Of a DNA stretch of 64,000 bases, positions 28,301 to 64,000 are shown in pieces. The notes beneath the pieces are model-generated. The model worked only from the letters and a program-made list of their open reading frames with translations, did not search any database and was not told the DNA's origin. The position numbers and the translations under genes were made by a program. Numbering within the stretch: the stretch's first letter is position 1; every line of letters begins with the position of its first letter. This DNA is from an uncultured Gemmatimonadales bacterium (GTDB lineage Bacteria; Gemmatimonadota; Gemmatimonadetes; Longimicrobiales; Longimicrobiaceae): NCBI GenBank assembly GCA_963716255.1, contig OY970303.1, positions 2,176,001-2,240,000 of the forward strand, read 5' to 3'.

Positions 28301-28397
28301 TCATATTATCGCAAATCAGGATGCCAGCCGGGCAGGCGAGGTGGGGAGGGGATCCCCGGCGGGTGCTTCACCGCCTGCATCCCTCGCATCATAGCGC

Positions 28398-28433
28398 GAT
28401 GGCCCCGACACCGGTTCCGGTGTCGGGGCCATC
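28398..28433. repeat. Hairpin family 3 copy
   Basis: GATGGCCCCGACACCGG-TT-CCGGTGTCGGGGCCATC. Confidence 0.8.
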
Positions 28434-28518
28434 ATCCCGCAGGTCCTACCCCCATGTCTTCGCCGGCCAGGTGGGCCGGCCAAGAGGCTGCCCCCGGTGA
28501 CATCGGGGCGCTCGTCCG

Positions 28519-29226
28519 TCACCGGGGCTCTTCGACCCGTGCTCGCACCTCCGCGCCCATTCGCAGCAGCGCCTCGCCCACCTCCTGGCTCACGCCCCGG
28601 AGGAAGACGAAGGTGACGCGTGGGGGCGCCCCGTCGCACGGGTTCTGGAGCGCCGCGCGCAGGACCCGCTCCGCCCGGAGCTTCATGCCGCGCTTCTTCC
28701 GCGCGGGCCGGCCCACCCAGGCCGAGCTCCCGGTGCCGAACGCCTTCGCGCGCGAGACGACGTGCCAGTGGCGGCCGCCGCCCGTGACGATGGGCACCTG
28801 GACCGCGCGCGGACGTCCGTCGAGCGGGAAACGGCGGTCCAGCTCGACGGGCTCGGCCTCGAGCGGCGCCATCCCGACGAGGGACGCCCGGATCAACCCG
28901 GCCGCGCGCGGCGCGAAGTCGAGCAGCGCGCGCTCGAGCGCCGCTGGCGCGGCGACCCGCTCCTCGGTGTCCCCGTCCACGAGGTTCCACGGGGGGCCCC
29001 AGGTGAAACGCCACGTCTCGAGCCAGCGCTCCCCGACGCGGATCCTCACCACCCGCTCGTTGTGATGCGAGCTGATGCGCGTGTTCTCGAAGCCGCGGCC
29101 TGCCAGGTGTGCGGAAAAGAGGGCGTGGATCTCGTTGGCGTACGGAGCGTCGCCGTCCTGAAGGCCGAACTTGGAGAACAGGTCGTTGAACACCCACGTG
29201 TGGGCGTGCGTCCGGGATCTGGCCAT
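28519..29226 (-). CDS. Hypothetical protein
   Basis: Starts MARSRTHAHTWVFNDLFSKFGLQDGD; protein-like composition; co-oriented with neighbours. Confidence 0.6.
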   Translation of the reverse strand: MARSRTHAHTWVFNDLFSKFGLQDGDAPYANEIHALFSAHLAGRGFENTRISSHHNERVVRIRVGERWLETWRFTWGPPWNLVDGDTEERVAAPAALERALLDFAPRAAGLIRASLVGMAPLEAEPVELDRRFPLDGRPRAVQVPIVTGGGRHWHVVSRAKAFGTGSSAWVGRPARKKRGMKLRAERVLRAALQNPCDGAPPRVTFVFLRGVSQEVGEALLRMGAEVRARVEEPR

Positions 29227-29261
29227 TGCGGTCGGTCGGGAGGAGAGCCCGGTCCTGCTTC

Positions 29262-29900
29262 TCAGTACGTGTAAAGCACGACCGGCTCCCCGCGCCCGGC
29301 CGCGTGCCGGGCGACGCCGCGTGCCTCCTCGATCTCCGGACGCAGGAAATCCAGGAAAGGTCCGTGCTCCAGGAGGAGCGGCGTCCCACGGAACAGCCGC
29401 TCGAATTCGCCGGCGGAAAGGGTGTACGTCGGCTCTCGATCTCCGTTCCCGCGTAGGGTGGGAACGATTTCCGGGATCACCGAATCCAGCACGGGGGGCG
29501 AGTACGGGACCCGCCGCCGGCGCTCCTCCCACTGCGCTTCCTCGAGCCTCCGGACGACCAGCTCGTCGTGGACGGACTCGACCATCCGGGGCTCTCCGCG
29601 CCAGCGGAAGTACCCCGCGTCGCTCTGCCACGTCTTTCCGTCCGCGTAGATCCGCCACACCTCGTAAAGGGTCGGAAGGACCTCGTCGGCGGCCGCGAGC
29701 CTGTCGATCGCCGACTCCCACCAGCGGGAGAATTCCGCACCATCCACTTCCGCGTCGTCGGGCAGGTGCCTGAACGGGTTGTCCAGGCCCCGGCTCTCCA
29801 GGACCCCCAGGACATCGTCCCAGAAGAGCGTGGTGAAGCGCGAGGAGGCGGCGAATTCCTCGCCCCTGCACGCGCAGCGAAAGCAGATGTGCCGCGACAC
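29262..29900 (-). CDS. Hypothetical protein
   Basis: 212 aa, acidic/aromatic protein-like composition, no recognised motif. Confidence 0.65.
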   Translation of the reverse strand: MSRHICFRCACRGEEFAASSRFTTLFWDDVLGVLESRGLDNPFRHLPDDAEVDGAEFSRWWESAIDRLAAADEVLPTLYEVWRIYADGKTWQSDAGYFRWRGEPRMVESVHDELVVRRLEEAQWEERRRRVPYSPPVLDSVIPEIVPTLRGNGDREPTYTLSAGEFERLFRGTPLLLEHGPFLDFLRPEIEEARGVARHAAGRGEPVVLYTY

Positions 29901-30259
29901 GGGACCGGGTGTGAAAGGGCTCGAGAGCGTCCGCCGGCTGATTGCGTACCGTCTTGCGCCTCAAGTTTCGGGCAAGGGAGCCTGGCGCACAACTCTGCCG
30001 GGGACGGACACTCAGGCCGGCGCGGAGCCGCCGGGTCCCGCTGGCCCCGGCCGCCTGCAGTACGCCCGGTGCCCTGCCTGCGACAAAGCGAGTCGAAGAA
30101 CGGCTTCGAGGCCACGCCAGGGTGCGTATGGCTCCAGGACGTTGGCGAATCGCAAATCATCAACGCACCTGTCACCCGCAGCTGCAACGCCACGTTTGGG
30201 CGCAGGCGCAGCGTCGGGGGCCTCGAGCTTCCGGAAGCCCATCGGGGCACGCCGAGCAC

Positions 30260-30652
30260 TCACGTCGCACGGGCGACACGCGTCGGATCCCCGAGCTGTT
30301 CGTTGAGCAGCACGGCTTCGGCCACCAGGCGGCGGAGGATTCCACCCTCGAGCGTCATGCCTTCCCGTAGCTCGATGCTCGCCATCTCGTACTTTCCCCC
30401 GGGCCGAAGTCGCGGCTCGAGCGCACGGAGGCGCTGCCCGCGCCAGAAGCCAAGGAGCAGGCGCGCCTCTTCGGCACGGATGAGCAGTACCGGCCCGTGC
30501 GCGAAGTAGACGAGGTGACCCCACTTGATGACTTCGTCCAGGGCCGCCGCGGCGCGGACCGCCGCTCGGAGCGCCTCGACACCCTCGCGGCGCCAGCCGG
30601 TGAGCGCCGCCACGTACGCGTCGGGGCTCGCTGCGGGAGGAGTCGTCTTCAT
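30260..30652 (-). CDS. DUF1801 (YdhG-like) domain protein
   Basis: PDAYVAAL...EVIKWGHLVY...LGFWRG; AAAGGAG RBS before the ATG at 30652. Confidence 0.85.
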   Translation of the reverse strand: MKTTPPAASPDAYVAALTGWRREGVEALRAAVRAAAALDEVIKWGHLVYFAHGPVLLIRAEEARLLLGFWRGQRLRALEPRLRPGGKYEMASIELREGMTLEGGILRRLVAEAVLLNEQLGDPTRVARAT

Positions 30653-31160
30653 CCGCTCTCCTTTGATGCCGTTTGCGGCCGAGCCAGGAATCAGGTAGCC
30701 GCGCCTCGGTCGATAGCGAAAGACCCCGGCGCCGTGTCCCACGTGAGGGCCTTCGCTCGCTCCGCTGGCGCGAGCCTGCGGACTACCGTCGATACAGCGA
30801 GTCGAAGGACGGCACCGAGGCCGCGCACAGGTGCCCCGCTCCTCAAGGAATTGGCAAAGAAGACTTGCCCCTGCACCTGGCATCGATCCCACGGATCGGC
30901 GCTGCATGCCGCGTGACAACAGACCACGAACAGGCAGTGCACCTACTGGCGGGAGCGGCGGAGCGACGTAGTTGCAGCGCGAAAACGGTCGAGATGACTC
31001 TGCGCCAGGGGCATCTCGCTCAAGCCCTGCGCGATCATGTAACCGTCATCATCCTGCGCAATCATCTAGGAACGCCGGTCGACGCCCCGTCGAGGCGCTT
31101 CAACGGACATGGGCCGTCCGGCAATGCACTCCTCTTCCTTGCCGGAGCGGCGCGCGCCGC

Positions 31161-64000
<32,840 letters not shown>

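Noticed and set aside
30660..31160. Lower-GC stretch with short ORFs downstream of the NRPS
   Set aside because: No recognisable motif, RBS or coding bias; left unannotated.

Overview
Very GC-rich bacterial DNA; a Gemmatimonadota/Longimicrobium-like soil organism is a guess from gene content only. There are four blocks. (1) 1-10143, minus strand: a Wzx/Wzy-type exopolysaccharide/surface-glycan operon with four GT4 glycosyltransferases, an O-antigen ligase/polymerase, a flippase, a priming sugar transferase, a GumC/Wzz chain-length protein and an export protein. (2) 10251-22438: a linked tailoring block. It holds an ABC exporter, an HPr-kinase-like P-loop protein, a coupled operon of two B12-binding radical SAM enzymes, three SAM methyltransferases and an amidohydrolase, then a nucleotidyltransferase-family protein and an FkbM-like protein. 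This block is punctuated by copies of a ~150-bp intergenic repeat whose stems covary while the loops stay conserved. (3) 22621-30652: co-oriented small accessory genes (TIR-TM-FGE-sulfatase, VOC, DUF2975/XRE pair, DUF1801, hypotheticals) with a second hairpin family. (4) 31161->64000: the 3' part of a giant NRPS with 10 complete C-A-T modules plus TE, no E domains, a near-identical 3177-bp module triplication, and several A domains with unusual pocket codes. Start codons were re-picked by eye; A-domain codes were read by manual alignment and are unverified.
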